Part shown: piece by piece, positions 1 to 14,800 of the stretch
Position numbering within the stretch: position 1 is the first letter of the stretch
Layout of the letters: each line of letters starts with the position of its first letter
Notes under the pieces: model-generated
The model's database searches: none
Seen by the model: only the letters and a program-made list of their open reading frames with translations
Told to the model about the DNA's origin: nothing
NCBI GenBank assembly: GCA_040954595.2
Contig: CM082581.2
Coordinates: forward strand, 8,665,413 to 8,729,412
Direction of reading: 5' to 3'
Source: Balanoglossus misakiensis
Taxonomy: Eukaryota > Animalia > Hemichordata
DNA length: 64,000 bases
Translations under genes and position numbers: made by a program

Positions 1-2058
1 AATCCAAGGGCCAGTGTATCCTTTCAAGTGTGACAGATTTGTCAGAGAAGTTGTGCATGTGTTTTATTGCTTCAGACCAAACTGTGTTGCTTTGCTGACT
101 TCAAATCTATTAATCATGACTATACTATGGGACTGACAAAGGGCTTATTAGACACATGGTCGCTATACATGTACGGACAGTGCAAGATCTACGATCTTTT
201 CATTCCACCTTGCTAACAGTGGAAGCGAAAATCCATTGGTTTTCCTTAGCACCAATCAGATCTGCAAATCTGCAAAGTTCAGGCCGTGGAAGAACAGCGA
301 AGGAAGTTCAAAGGCAAGACAGTCAGTGACCAAATCCTCAGGTGAGTGTGATCAAAGCCATCTCCGTGATAACAGTTGGTGTATTCTTTATAAACCCAGC
401 GACATTAAGATATTCACCACAACTTTGCTTTGTATATCTGTCTATCTCTCTAGCTACTACAAAGTGAATGAAGTGCAGAAGTTTGTATATTCAAGGCCAT
501 TCTTTAAATCAGACAAGAAGGAAGGTGGTGAATTTGCAGTAAGTTTTTCCAAGGGACTGATGTACATGTACTATGTTAAAGAGAGAACTGAATAAAAGAT
601 CTGAATATTGCGTTTTAAAGCACATGAATAAACTTAAGAAGTACTTCTGTATTGAAAAGATTCAAGCTTTTATGATCTAGATGTACATCCATCAACCTGT
701 TGTTACCCCATTTTCACCATTGAATAGATCCAACCCTCACCTCTGATAACAATAGAGTAGGGGTAACATCTGATGATTACAAGGTTAGTTAATTGTAAGG
801 CACTATGAAAACTTACATTCAGGTAATTGCATTGTTTTTCTCCCCCAGAATATGTGGATCGAAAGAACTTACCATGTCACAGCATACAGGTTACCTGGCA
901 TACTAACTTGGTTTGAAGTGGTTTCCAAACACCCTGTAAGTACATGATGTATGGCGTATCTGATACTCTTATCCCTGTAGCGAAGAAACTTTTGATAACA
1001 GTTTAATTCCTAGGAATTTCTTGGAAATGATAGTCAGTCCTTTTATGTCATCATGATGAAAAAAAATTGATTATCATTACTGATGTGATGTTGAGAACAA
1101 ACCTTAGGCTTCCTCACTCCACTTTGGACAGTATTTTTTGGGTCACTCCCAATGTATACAACCCTGTGCAGTGTACAAGCAGGTCTATGAACTCCATTTT
1201 CCAATGATCAATCTTTTTATTCAAGGAGGAAATAAGTCCGCTGCAGCACGCAGTGGAAATCATGGAAGAGGCGAACCAGGATCTGCGAGCGTTGGTGAAA
1301 CAGTACCAAGTGGACGCCAATCTGCCGTTGAATCCACTGAGTATGAAACTGAACGGAGTGGTGGATGCGGCTGTGATGGGTGGCACTGATGTCTACGAGA
1401 AGGCGTTCTGTACTGAGGAATATTTGAAGGAACACCCAGATGATGAATTGTTGGTAGAAAGACTTAAAGACCAGATTGCTGAACAGGTCAGTACATACAA
1501 CAAATGTAGCTAGAAAGACACAAGTAGATTTCAGCCCATAGCTGTACACAGACTCTGATCAGTTCTTACGATGGAAATGTCAATTAAATATTTTAAAACC
1601 TCCATCTTTCCAGTGCTGTCAATAAAGGACAAGAGTACTTGTAGGTTTATGCCTGACAAAATATTGTGTTATGCCATGCAAACTCCTATTTTGACTGATA
1701 TATCAACTTTTAAAGAAAGCAGTGTCCCACGTACTTTCAGGGTTACATTCTTTTGAATGACATAATACCCAAATTCAGTACGCATAGCAATTTGATAAAC
1801 CAACCAATGGCTTCACTTTTTTGTTGGGGTTTAGATTCCTGTCATAGTGGTCGGTTTGAAACTTCATGCGGCGAGAGCACCGCCCAATCTGAAACCCCTG
1901 CAGGAGAAAATGGAGTCTGTCTTCCAGAAGAGGAAGTCTGTAGTGGAGCTCAGATACGGCAAACGGGTGAGTGAAAGTTTTGTTTGTGTGCAGGTTTATA
2001 TCTCGGATAATTACATGTACATGTATACCAGTCGAATGGTGAATCTAAAAGTAAAACT

Positions 2059-2089
<31 letters not shown>

Positions 2090-4158
2090 GTCTCAGACAC
2101 TGGAAGCTGCTTCATCAGACAGAAGCTCAGAAGTGTCAATTCGCAGGTTGAACACAGTGGCAAGTTCACGGCCGGCGTCTACCATCTCCACCAGTTCGTC
2201 CGGTGGTGGTTCTGGCTCTGAAGGCAGGGGTTCCAGTGGCAGCTTCACACACCTGGAGCAGACCATTCCCAATCCTATGCATCCGTGAGTACAGTCTTGT
2301 TACAAATCAACTGCCAATTGTTGTTTTCGAGGATTCCGATGCCTAACCTGTGCAGCGCTCGTGCTCAATCGCTGCTCACATTTTGTACACTCAGGTGACA
2401 GTGACTTTCCAGCTGATCAGCACACATGCTGTCAAATAAAATCAGCTAAAATGAAAATACAGTGATTGCTGCATTGTACCATAATCCTTTCTGCACCACC
2501 GTTTAGTGAGATCTCGTCGATGTAGTTTGCAACTGTATATATAGGGAAATCAGGGTGAAGAGGATTTTAGCACTGTCACCCCTATTTATCTGTATAAAGT
2601 CAAGCATTGCCATTAGAGACAATAGAGCTGGACCAAACCATGGTGATGACAGGGTTAAACTCGACGAGATAATTAGACTGTTTCTTGTCTTGTTGCTTTC
2701 TGCAGGCCCCCCATCCCGAGCAGAACACCGCAGTCCCGGAACACAATCATCGGACCACCCAAGGTGTCGCCCACCAAACCACAGATCTCCATTCCATCTC
2801 AAAGCGTCGACTCCTGGCAAGGTGGCCCCGGCAACAGCCCACCCCCGCCACTACCACCGCTATCACAACAACAGCAGCAACCGTCTCCTAACAACAAACT
2901 GCAGAGACAGACCATAGTCCTTGAAGAAAAAGTAAGCTCATGCATGTGAAGCGCCCTCTACAGTCACTTTCCACCTTCAAGAGCCATGTGTTTGTTAATT
3001 ATTTCCTCAGACCTTTGGACTATTCATTTTTGAAATTGTCCACACACAAAAATTCAGATGTGCAAATGTGAGTGTAACTTATACTTCATTGTGTATGCAT
3101 TGTTTCAAGTTGCAGACAGCCAGACCACCCAGACCACCCACACAGCTGATGACGCCAGAGAAGAGAATGAGTCAGCTTCCTCCACAATCAAGTAAGTGAA
3201 AAAAAAGATGACCCTAAAATCTCATGTCTGAAAAAAAAGCAGTAACTGGGACTGTGACAAGAAACTAAGCACATCTTTCAATGTAAACAGCTAATATTTC
3301 AATTAATTGTTCAGTTTAGTTGTATTTAGTGTGTTCTTAGTAGTTGAATCTTATGACGGGAAGTGAATTTCACCGGACAATTAATTGACAATGGTAACTT
3401 GTAAATAATAAACATTAAAACCCTTCCTGCCTACTGTATATTTCCTTTCAGGTACCAGTCCTCCTCCACTGCCAGAGAAGCAATGTTCAGATTATTCCAA
3501 TCTGCCAGAACCCATTCCAGTTCCTCCAAAGGTGAATCGAATCAGCCACTCCTACAGAGACAAGGTAAGGTCAAAGACTAATAGAAAATTGGCGTCAAGA
3601 CCAGTTTCATGAAAGTCTAGAGAAAGTGGGATTTGAAGAGACTGGGCGTTCAGACAAATCATCGTTTGTGACCTTGGAAATTGGCTGATAATAGTTTCTC
3701 ATTCCTATTTTTCCTCCCCACACACAATAAAGCCCGGTCTTCCCCTTCCGGTGCCGGCCAAGGACTCGCCTTCCGGCACCCCGCCCGGCCGCAGGAGGAG
3801 GAACGGGTACGAGAGTCCCAGCTTTCCCAGGAAACTGGAGAGTTCCACGAGCGAGGACTCGCCGTCGTCGTCGTCGTTCCCCAGGCACAGCCCATCGGCG
3901 CTGAGGAGGGCGGAGACGTACCACCACTCGAAGACGGTGGCCACCTCCACCTCCAGCTCCGTGCACGTGGAGAGCCGAACGTCGGTGGTGGGCGCGGTTG
4001 AGAGCCTGCAGCACTCGCGCATGTCCAGCGCCGAGGACTTGTACGCGCATCCCCACAAATCGCGCAACGCCGGTGACGCCGCACCCACGAATGAGACTGA
4101 GAGCAAAACGAACAAAAAAACAGACAGTTATTACTCGCCCAGTGGTACAAACCTGTAG
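1..4158 (+). CDS. DOCK1: Dedicator of cytokinesis, DOCK-A subfamily (DOCK1/2/5, DOCK180-like); 5'-partial, DHR-2 C-terminal part plus Pro-rich tail
   Basis: Exons <1-15, 260-341, 454-538, 849-935, 1226-1486, 1835-1966, 2097-2284, 2706-2931, 3116-3191, 3452-3564, 3733-4158 join in frame. Translation KGQYLQICKV...[15 protein letters not shown]...EFANMWIERT...[10 protein letters not shown]...[18 protein letters not shown]...YEKAF matches DHR-2 of DOCK1/2/5 (NMWIERT and the VMGG sensor). The tail has PPPLPEK/PIPVPPK motifs like Crk-SH3 ligands and ends GTNL*. The symbol denotes the probable pro-orthologue. Confidence 0.93.
16..259 (+). other. U12-type (minor spliceosome) GT-AG intron in DOCK
   Basis: Donor GTATCCTTT at 16-24. 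Branch-like TTCCTTAGC at 242-250, with the A 11 nt before the AG at 258-259. No polypyrimidine tract between them. Splicing restores codon TAT in GQ-Y-LQIC. Confidence 0.88.
2567..2658. mobile_element. Degenerate copy of ~90-bp TTAA-flanked MITE family
   Basis: TTAGCACTGTCACC...GGACCAAACCATGGTGATGACAGGGTTAA; same length and 3' motif as the copy at 46479-46571. Confidence 0.6.
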
Positions 4159-6614
4159 CGAGAACCTGTCAGTGTCACTCAGCTAGTTGTTTGTGTTCCC
4201 GGACGTGGAATTCTCCCGACTAGGTTGTTTCAGAGACGAACCGATCTCAAGTTTCCTGACAGCGAGAAACCTGCAGTAAAGCAACTCGGCTTGGAATGAG
4301 AATTTTAATTTTCGTTGTGCATGGATGTTGTACATATATAAAAGGAAAACCATTCCATTCATAGTATCAAGTTTCATCATTTGGAGAAGAAAGAAAAAAT
4401 TCCTGCAAGCAGTGTTGGTGACCGCTTCAGTGTTGGTGTGTTACCGATCTTTTCTTAGAGTCATCCGATGGTACCCGTACTTACGAATACGCTGTGATGT
4501 CATGAGGGATGTCCATTTGTGCCAGCTGTGCCGTGCATTCTGTTGAAGTGGTCCTTCCTATCAGGAAAGGGTGCTTTGCTACCAGAGCAGCTGTGGATGA
4601 TGTGCTTCGATTGCTAAGGGGTGTGAGGGAACAGTCGAAGATGTAGGAGAGACTGATTATGTGCAATGATTGCCTGCGTCTGGGAAGACTTTCAGCGAGT
4701 TTTGGTGGCTAGAATAGGCTCTCAATATGCTTTCAATTCTGAGAACAGGCACTGGCAGTCAGTTGTTTGTTTTTTTGTAACGTCAACACGTCGATCAGGG
4801 TAAGATGAACCCAAAGTCATAAATTACGCCTCATGGAATGAGAACTACTGCTTTGATCGTCCAGCACACACTGCAAATACATCATAATCTCTCCAAAAAT
4901 CACCTCCTTGTTTTCTTCAAGAGTATTCCAGCACAGTTTTCTTATCCCAGCTGAAGAGTAGTTTAACTGGTGACCAACAGAATTGGATCTATACTCAAAC
5001 GACATCATGATTCATTCACACAAAGCAAAGATGCACAATTGGAATATTTTGATGAACCACGCTATACAATGTACATGGGACAGACATGTATCTGTATCAC
5101 TGCTTTTTGTTGCGAAGTTTGTGTTTTAATGACTGAAATTGTGACGGCTTATCTCATTAATTGTACCTATGTGCATAGCTTAAATTTCACCCGTAGCAAC
5201 TGTAGGAGTCGCAATGTAGATCAGAGCTTTGAAATGTGGTGTCACTATCGTTTTTGCAGACAGGTCACTGGGGGCGCTGTGTAATTGCAATACAGCTATA
5301 CTGGGGGCGCTCTTTCAGTACGTCATAACTCTGAAAGTCACGGTCTCTGCCTTGCCTAACGTAGTAACTTGCACTCGCAGTGCTAGATTATTTCTGAATC
5401 AAAAAATGAGCTTGGCGACCATATCAGTTGGTGGTTTTTCAGTTGCTTGTGATTGCATGCCAGAATTAAACAAACCGAAAATGTAAATTTCAAATGAAGA
5501 CAATCATGGGACCATATTAACATTTTAATCAATGGGCTGACCTATTATAAACACACAAGATTGTGGAGTGTCATGCCTATTACATACAGATGCCAAAATT
5601 CTTATCCAGACTCTAATTCGATTTGTCTTGCAATGCTTCTAGTCATTCTGTTCTGTGTCAGTCAAATTGCTCACATGGTCGAATATTCTGGTGAACTAAT
5701 CGAATGTTTTTAACTCGTACACTGTTGCTATAAATGCCTAGAGGGTTGCTTGCCACACTCCGACCTGTTTTCATAACTTATTTAGCAGTAGTGCTTGAAA
5801 GCTCTGAGAGGATTTACTGCCGTAGTCTTGCAGCAGACATGTTTTTAGAAACTGATAATTATCGCTGCTAAAAATGCACAAATCTTTTAATGCAGTACAA
5901 ATTTGCAAGGAAATATTGAAGGTTTCTGCCCCTGGTATCGGTGATTTTTGCGTGGAAATCAACAGCCGAATATGTAATCCTGAATTTATCTCTTTCATCA
6001 TGTACATTGACATTCATTGATTACTCTAATGAGATGAGGACAGACCGCGCAGGATTTAAAAGGAAAACCTAGTACATACCAGGAATAGAAATTCGTTGGT
6101 AATTCACACAGGACCACATTGCCCTTTGCGTTTCTTTCTTCCAGATTAATTTCTATTTCCGCGTACATTTTATACTTAAATCAGTTATTTTTTGCACAAC
6201 ATGTATGAATCACAGCTTTCTCGTACAGTTTGTAAGCAGTGCACAATTTAATTTCCTTAGATAAAATTGTATATTTAATGTAGGGTTAGTTTTGCTATCT
6301 TCTAATTTTCTTCTTGACATATACTAGCAATATAAGTATATCGAAGATCACCACACACCAGGAAGATGATTTTCATGTCCAGAAATTTAAAATTTTGATT
6401 GTCAAGTTTATTTTCCAAATTTGTACAATCTTCAACAGCAGCAGAATCAATCTGATATGCTCATAAGTGGATTTTATTCAGTTGTTGTATTTTTGTTTTT
6501 TTTAGCTGCTTTTTTACTCATATTGATATTGTTTTGTAACATAATACTAAAGAAATGTTTATACCGCCTTATAAAAGATGCAATTGTTAAAAAAAAATTG
6601 GACTCCCTTGCAAG

Positions 6615-6620
6615 AATAAA
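6615..6620 (+). terminator. Likely polyadenylation signal of DOCK (about 2.5-kb 3'UTR)
   Basis: AATAAA at the end of an AU-rich stretch, before the sequence becomes CpG-rich. Confidence 0.5.
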
Positions 6621-9600
6621 TGTATTGCTTTAAAATCTTGACATTGCGTCCAGTTTTGCGATTTCGAGTAAATCTACCATTTTTAAGTACATTTGCGACA
6701 CTCAGCTCTCTGAAAATGTATAGCTGTAAGGATATATAGCATAATCAAAGCTGAAATTAAGACCAGATCCCATTTTCTCCACAATCATGTTTTCTTTGAT
6801 GAGAAATACATGTATAGGCCTATGGCTCCGGAACACAAGGTGACACACAACAACACCTTTCAGTGTTTAATCTCGCGTAATAGCGACCCTGGTATTCTTG
6901 AGTAGACTTATATAATCTTACAGTGGAGCAAAGAAGTCAGGCTTTAACTGAAAGAGGTGCCTAATAGAGGTTAGCAGCGTTTTCACCTGATGGAATAACA
7001 AAAGACACGAGCAATAGCACAGGAATTCGAGGTGCATAAATGTCCATTGCCGTCTCTATTATTGTGGTCGGTGCAGTGGAAAGCAATTATCTTTACGTAA
7101 AACGACAAGTACCCTCTTCACTTGCCGTTTCGTTTAATTCAAAGGCAATCGACCCTGGCAGAATTGATCATGCAAATGAGCTAGTTCCGCGGTGTTTTCG
7201 AGAACTGTCGAAGAGGTAGGTGTGTTTGTTTTTGGCGTTTCAGCGAGAAAATGTGAAAAACTTAACTAATAATTACCCGAATGCATAGTATGTAGTTGTA
7301 CTCAACTGACTGTACGAAGAATTCTGTTTTCTGACCAGGGGAAGGCGTGCAAAACTGTTTGTAGTATTTAAATCGAGACAGGTGACTAACTGCACAGCAA
7401 CCACTATGTGGCAACCACACAACAGAGGTGTTAATTGCTAAATTCCCGTTATATTAAGGAAATAGTAGTTTATGTCATTTAGCGACTAACGGCGAAATAA
7501 GACGTCTTGCGCACTCACTTTCATTGGTTGCCGTCTTGATGAGAGAGAGGGGAAGGCAGGGGAGGGGGCGAGATAGATAGATGCGTGTACGTGGAAACAT
7601 AGTCCTGGTGGAAACAACGATTTTCTCTAGTATCTATGGTGGAAACAAGCTGAAAACTGCGTCGGGGAGATTCTTTTGCACTGCTAATATGTGAAAATGC
7701 AGTTAGGAAGGAATGTTTTGGTATACTTTATGACGCGGTTGTCGCATCTCGGTGTTGTCTTTGACACGTGGCCTTACACAACATGCAGCGATTACAAAAT
7801 CTTCCTGTTTTCTACATTCGTCGCCACATGCCACAATGAGCGCACTTGTACATCAAATAGATCTGCATAACTCCAATGGCAGTGGATGTGCCGTAGTCGG
7901 TTTGTATTGGTCAAGCACAGTGTCAGGTTTGCAGTGAGAGCAAGGAGAAATGTTCCCCTTGTTTGTGATTGCACACAGACAGGTTGGCCTGCTGGTAAGG
8001 GTCAGATAGGCCGCATTCATTTGATTGCTTGATTAATCAGTCACCGTCGTTTTCAACATCTGGGCATACTTTGGCGTCTTCAGAACGAACCTCGGGTGGT
8101 TTGGGTCTGAATACATGAACTTCCTGCGCAGACGAGACATGGCTAGCCACCCCTTTTGACGAGGTTCAATGGGTGTATAACATGTCCCCGCCGTCTACAT
8201 TTCTTCCCACTCTTTGTCCAGGGCGCAAAAACGCGTGAAAATGCATAGAAGGAACTGCATACGTGCACCAGGACACACAATCACCGATAGATGTAGGTCA
8301 ATAAGTGAAGCTTTGTAAAACCAAGAAAAAACAGAATATAGGCCTATATCTAACTTTATTTATATTTTCTATTGTGGGAACGGGGAGATACAGCTTGCCA
8401 CGGACAACCTCCGACCATTCCCTGTGACAAACAAGCGCACCAATCAATTTCCAACTACGCAGAACATTTTGAAAGTACGTTACGTAGAAACTTTATCATA
8501 GTAAGCATTTCGCGAAAATGAACATACATGTAAGGGGAGAACCATTTGATTTCTGGGGAGCGGATGGGCGATATTTCGGTTATGGAAGAGTTGTCGAGTT
8601 CTTCAGCTTGACTTGCAATCAAGGGCCAATTCTTCCTTCGGAACATTTAAAAATGTAGTTTATGAGCTTGGCTCATTTCAAGCATAAACGGGGAACAGTT
8701 CAGCTCGGCTTGGTTTTAATATCGAGTTCTCGAAGAAAGATACTTTAGGTTTTTGCTTTCCGGAAGTAATTCAAACTGTTTCGCGTATAGCTGTATCACT
8801 GAAAGGGATACATGAACAATCAACTCTACTAACATACACCATTAGGTCTATATGGTCAAAAGATACGTGTACATGTAGGTCTTCTTAAGATCGTGTGGTG
8901 GCGCAGTTTAAGCTTGGCCACCCAAATGAAAACATCTGATAGGCCAGATCTCCTCTTTTCGCCGTAAATAAAATCTCCCTATATACGTGAACGTGCGCGT
9001 ATTTGTACAAATGCACGCGCATTTACGACAGTATAATTAATCTTGATTTGTACTCTACTGACGTGGAGGAAATTTTGAGTTGATGTACTGTTAAGCATTC
9101 CAACACGCTGCTGTACTCTTGAAACATTTTAGCTACGTTCCTGGTTATTCAACCCGACACTGATTCGGTGACATCCAACGGAGACTGCACCAGATCCAGT
9201 TCATGAGCAGTTACCATCATTTGGGGTTTGTGCCACTGTTTATCACACAGGAATGAATCCGGTCTTGAAGTTTCACTAAATGGGATTTAGAAATATTCTT
9301 TATTCCTTGTTGAAATGTCATTTCCTATCCTACCATCGACTGTCGAACACCCCTCCCCCCCGACTGCTAAAATGTCGCATGTCATTCCTATTTTCAGAAA
9401 AGGTGTCAGAAATGCCGTCAACGATATATTATAGAAGCATTTCTCTTTTGAATGTACATTGTATGCGATCTTTATTTCTTAGATTATATCCCTGTGGTGT
9501 GTCTGTCGTTGTATATCCTCTGTCCAGCTGCAATGCACCAAGGTTGTATTTTGGCTCTCACCTTGTTTCGTCCTTCACAGACGAAGGTGACAAGTCTCAA

Positions 9601-11876
9601 GAGATGGGAGTCCATACAGAATGGATATTGTTTCCAATCCTCACACTTCCGTCCTCTCAATCTGAACATGGTTTTAAACTTTCGACGCAATGATTCTGCC
9701 AATTCCCGAGCCCTGTATTGATTTTGGAGAAATCAACCATTTCCGCAGTAATATAGTTGCCATGTGACCGAGAATAGGTGACTTTCAGATTATTATTTTT
9801 ATTCAAAATATCTCTCGTTTCGCGGTAACATGAATTTCTTGCCCCGTGTTCTAAGTTTCCAATTCCGATTTTCTGTGTTTCAATGTCTTTCCGCAGTCAC
9901 ATTGAAACCCTGACTTCGTCAAGGTTACTTTAGTCTGTTCACATCATATTGGGAACAGAAATCTAATGCAAGGTGTCTACCCGGGGTCCCGGTGTCCGGA
10001 AACAGGGGGTCGGTGACACGGGTTCGCGTTCCCATGCCAACTTCAATGACAAATTCGAACTATCGCAAATAACATATAATTGGCGAAAAAAAAACTTTTT
10101 AAAAAATTGCAAAATCTCAAGGTCGATGTCAAGGTGACCGGGGGCTGCTGGGAAGTGATGCAAGGGGACCAGATCCCACCGACCTGGGGTTTTCTTTCTT
10201 TCTTTAAGCTTCAAAAGATCGCGTATTGTTTCGACATATAGCGGAAAGGCCTCAGGCTTGATATATGGGTGTGCTGTTGATTGACTGGGCCAGTGATGAA
10301 ATTGCTGGCATAGCACGCATGGTAAGCATTATGTGAAGAATTCTACCACTGAGTTACTCGACAGAGAAGGTGTCATTGTTGAGCCCGTAACCCAAGCCAG
10401 CGCACTTCAGCACCGGGCAGTAAATCGGTACGAGGGCATGGTTTTCATTCGCTGGAAACATTTTTTTCTCTCCGTTTACACAGATCGCTGCACACAATTA
10501 TTGTATTTTCTTCCCCACTTGATCAGCGGGCAACAAACAAATGGTTGTGGGCTGCCGTCGTCATTGACTGGTTCAGCTTGGCAGTTGTTGAAGTCAGCCA
10601 TAAACTACTTTGAATTTGCCACGTAGTCGCGCGAGGCTCTTTCTTAATAAGCCTTCACTTAACTCTCTCGCTGTTACTCTCGCAGTTGCCGCTGTACGGA
10701 CGGGATAGAGGTGGCGTTCGTGTATTGTGACGTATCGAGTACTTGTGCAGGTACGTTGCCTTCGGTAAATACAGCTCTCTCAGTTTTCACTCCAGAGTAA
10801 ACAAAACAGATAGTGAATGTGTTATATTTATTTATTTATTTTTGTAAAGCACATCAATTTACTGTAACTCGTAAAATTTACGTTAGCAGAGCCCCGGTCA
10901 TGTCATAGCGGCCTTTACGATAGTTAGACCAAGTTGCAACTGTCTCACGTGTTACCCGGGTTGCGGCGTTCATTGTTGTTCAAGACACAGTCCAGACGTC
11001 TTGGCCGGTTTCCAGTCTCTCGGATACCAACGATTTAAGATGTAGCCGATCGTGGTCGTGATTTTTATGCGGTTCGACCGGCGTTTATATAGGCCTAGTA
11101 AATGTCATCTGTACTTTTTTGCACTTTGGCCGACTGTAAGAAGGGCATCTCATCTCCTCTACATTTGAACAATCGGGAAATTATATAAGAGCTTATTACG
11201 GTGTCATCTATATAATGCATATCTACATTTCAGATGTAATACTGAATGGTAATTCCTAGCCTAGTAACCCCAGTCGTAACGAGGTGACTTATTTTTGCAG
11301 CGTAAACAAGAATGATGGCACGGGGCATGTGTCTTTGCGCACCGCTCGCTCTTGCGTTGTCGTTCGCCCACCACACTCCGAATTTAGTTGCACACAAAAA
11401 ATGCACACAGAAGTCACTGACCCCGGAATTCCGTCCAGATGCATATTACGTGACGAGGTTTCCATACGAGTTCATACCCTGTTATTTGTCTGAAGAAAAA
11501 AACATGGCTCTGTAGATTGATGAAATGAATGCTGGGGATAAGGAAGAACCGTGTCCTATAGGCCTAAGCTTGTTGCACGCCACTCTTCTTGAAACTAGCG
11601 GATTTTGGTAAAAGTGAAGTAAAGGTCACGCATGCCGCAGAACACCTTTTGAATTGATTAACCACGCTTACGTAACCGATCAATAGTTCGTATTGAACAG
11701 TGTACATGTACATGTACATTGAAGCGCCGTTCAATGAACTCGTAAAATGTGATGCATGGCGAAAGTCATTCCGGATCTCCGACTTATATTTTCAAGATAT
11801 CGTTAAACCCCTGCCATGTATTTTTCAGAAAACCGGGAAAAAATCTTTTCGAAAGATTCCAGAAAATTTCGACAAC

Positions 11877-14800
11877 ATGCTTTCCGCAAGAGGGGCATCC
11901 ATACTCAGCCGGCTTCACGTCATGCTTCAAGTTTTCACCGGGTGTCTGCTCCTGACGGCAAACGGCCAGGACAGCGAATACAGACCGAAGAAAATTGAAC
12001 TGCGCTTGGCCGACGGGAGGTCCCAGTTCGACGGAAGGGTCGACATCGTCGTCGACGGTGTTCCCGGCACGATTTGCGACGACTACTGGTCGGACGAGAC
12101 GACCGACGTGGTCTGCAGGCAGTTGGGTTTCGTTGGCGGCGAGGCCTTCTACTATGGAGGCCATTTCCCTCCCGGAACAGGTGAGTAACTTTTCTACGCT
12201 TGTCAGATGTCTGATTTACTTGTTTCAGTTCATCTGGGGGGTTTTCCGCAATGCGCTACGATGGGAGTGTCATATAACACTGTACAGTATACTAGGTGCA
12301 GTTTCAAATCATATATACTGATTTATTTAGGATATATTACGTCACGGTAGCGGCGTGACTAATAATGATGCTCAAAGTGTACGACCTGTTCAGTCTGCTG
12401 TCCACTTTCTCCGTGTCATCTGCTCATCAAGTCTCGCGCAGGTAGGCTACATCACGCAATGCATTGTTGGTCCGGCGCAGAAGCCACTTCAGCGTCGTGT
12501 CATCACTTCATATGTTGCCGCACTTAGAGAGAAAATGGCCTAAACGAGCTCTCATGGTGGGAATGCAATTAGTGGTTTGTTTTATTCTTTGGAATCTTGT
12601 TGCTAAAACGCTACCGACTCAAGTGGAGTCCATGAACTGCGTCCATCAAAGGTGTTACGGTTCGAACAAGGGCATCCATTAAAACCTTCCAAGTTCTGTT
12701 GCTCAAGGCGCAAGGAGTTGAAGTTCCTCTCCTGAAAGCAGATGGCATGCCCCCAAGGGTGCACGGGTCCGTAATTGCCTTCGGTCGCTTTGGTTGGAGG
12801 AGCTCCGATGTCGCCTATTATACAAAGTTGGCGTCCTTTGGTTTTCAGAATTTGGAAAGGGATTGGCCATGAGAGGGAAAGGTGCGCAAATAATAACTAT
12901 CGCCGTCATTGGGTGTACATATAACGACCTTCAAAATCTGGTTCTAAGTTGTCGTCCATTGGTGCTAAAACTTGCAATAGAGCAGTAGAGTCCCACGTTA
13001 TATTATACCCAGTTATAGATGCAGAATTTAATTGTGGTATACATGTACTCAGAATATAGTGTTTCCAGTTCCTTTTGTGTTGAGGTAGCCGGATACGTTC
13101 CCTTCGCATGAGAATTCACCGTTTCGACCAATTATTTTTCAGAGTTAGGTATTTCTCATATCATACTCTTGAAAGGTGGGCACCTTTTAACACGTATAGT
13201 TATCCGCGTGCAGAAAAATGTCGAAGCAATGGATGGGTTAGCGACTTCCGGGCCTTAATCGCCAGTCGGTATTGTGGCACATTTAGAGCAAAGCTTAAAG
13301 TCAGAGAAGAAGTTTTCCAAACTTCCATAGGTTAATGTCAAGAACACGGATTCGATGGCGCGCGGCTCATGACATTTTAAAAGTTTGAGTCATCGCGGAC
13401 AGACCAACAAAGTTCAGTGTAATCGATGCCAGGGTCATCGAAAGTACGCGAGTTTCAAACTATTTACAATACTATACAGGCATATTAAAGGTGAGATCTG
13501 TAGTCGCAAAATACACAAATCTTCCAGATGGCACAACATTCATTCATCACGATAGGCGCTCTTGTGTGAAAAAAATACCAAGACGTACTAGCATCTCCTA
13601 TTGAAACAAATGTCGTCACCAGCTCGTACTTGCAATAACTCAACACTAATTGTGTGCATTCACCGAAGTTTAAACCAAACGGTCAGCTCGGGTTGGCATG
13701 AAAGGGGAAACAGCGCTTCCCAATAGGTATTAACGATCCTGTGATGTGATTACGGGATTTTCATTCGCCGACAAGCGGTGTTTACGCGTCAGCCGGCCAT
13801 AACCGAAGGCGGTTTTTTTTTCACGACGTGCAGGTATGGTGCTCTGAAACTCGGACAAGCAGTTTTAATTCGACCGTCTGGTTTTCTCAAAACAACGGTT
13901 TGTGGGACATTCTGAACTTGTTGTCCCAGGACCACAATCGCATGTTATTATATTTAGGTTTATACACGCCTACGGGTGTCTATGACTTGGGAATGTCACG
14001 GTGTCCCGAGCAGACGCTGGGATTTGGTCGTCTGCGGTTTTCCGCACACTGATTGGAATTTAACCAGAAGCAGTGCGTTTTGAACTTTTCAAAATAAGCC
14101 GATCTATCCTCGAGTAATGACATCTAAATTGAAATACCAGAGCTGAAGGGCGTTTTTTTTCTCTTCACAAGTGTATTTAACAGACTTCCCGATGTTCTAT
14201 AAACACAGTGGGGATTCTTAGTGTTTTTGCTAAGGGTAAGCTTTTCACGATGGGATTCTGTTTTTCTCTCATCGCCTACGCAAGTATAGGCACGACGGTT
14301 AAAGTACGCACCAGTCCAAGACAGGTATCCTGCTGGTTATCTTTCTATATAAGGCCTTGAGACACGTCCCACCTACGCAAGTGTCTAGACCGGAGTAGCT
14401 ATGATTGCCTACACATATTCATCAAAAGGGCTTAGTTATCGGGGTCGCCTTCAAAAATAAAAAAAACACACTCGCGTTTTTTTCCCTAACCACTAAAAGT
14501 CCGGTTCGGATTATTCCATTCACAATCACCGTTTTACTTGAAGTGAACGGACACTGGCCTTTGTAGTCGCCTGTTCTTCCTTGAAACGTCTGCAAGAAGG
14601 CGCCGTAGCTGCTGAAGTTTCTTATTCGACGCACAGTGCACGACGGCACGGTGTACGAATCGCGTTTGTGAAGATCGACGAAGATGACAACGTAAAGCAA
14701 CCCTGATTGATGAGATGCAAAAGGCGTGACTGGCCCTTTCTTGGGTTCGCGCGGGAGGCTGGGGAGAGGGCGCGACCCCTCTCCAGGCGGTGTTAAATGT

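Noticed and set aside
3607-4150. Long minus-strand ORFs over the DOCK last exon (similar ones at 26430-27025, 30400-31249 and 38709-39120)
   Set aside because: Antisense shadows of GC-rich coding exons.
11041-11082. A-box/B-box-like sequence (GGTTCGACC)
   Set aside because: Spacing and pairing do not form a tRNA cloverleaf.
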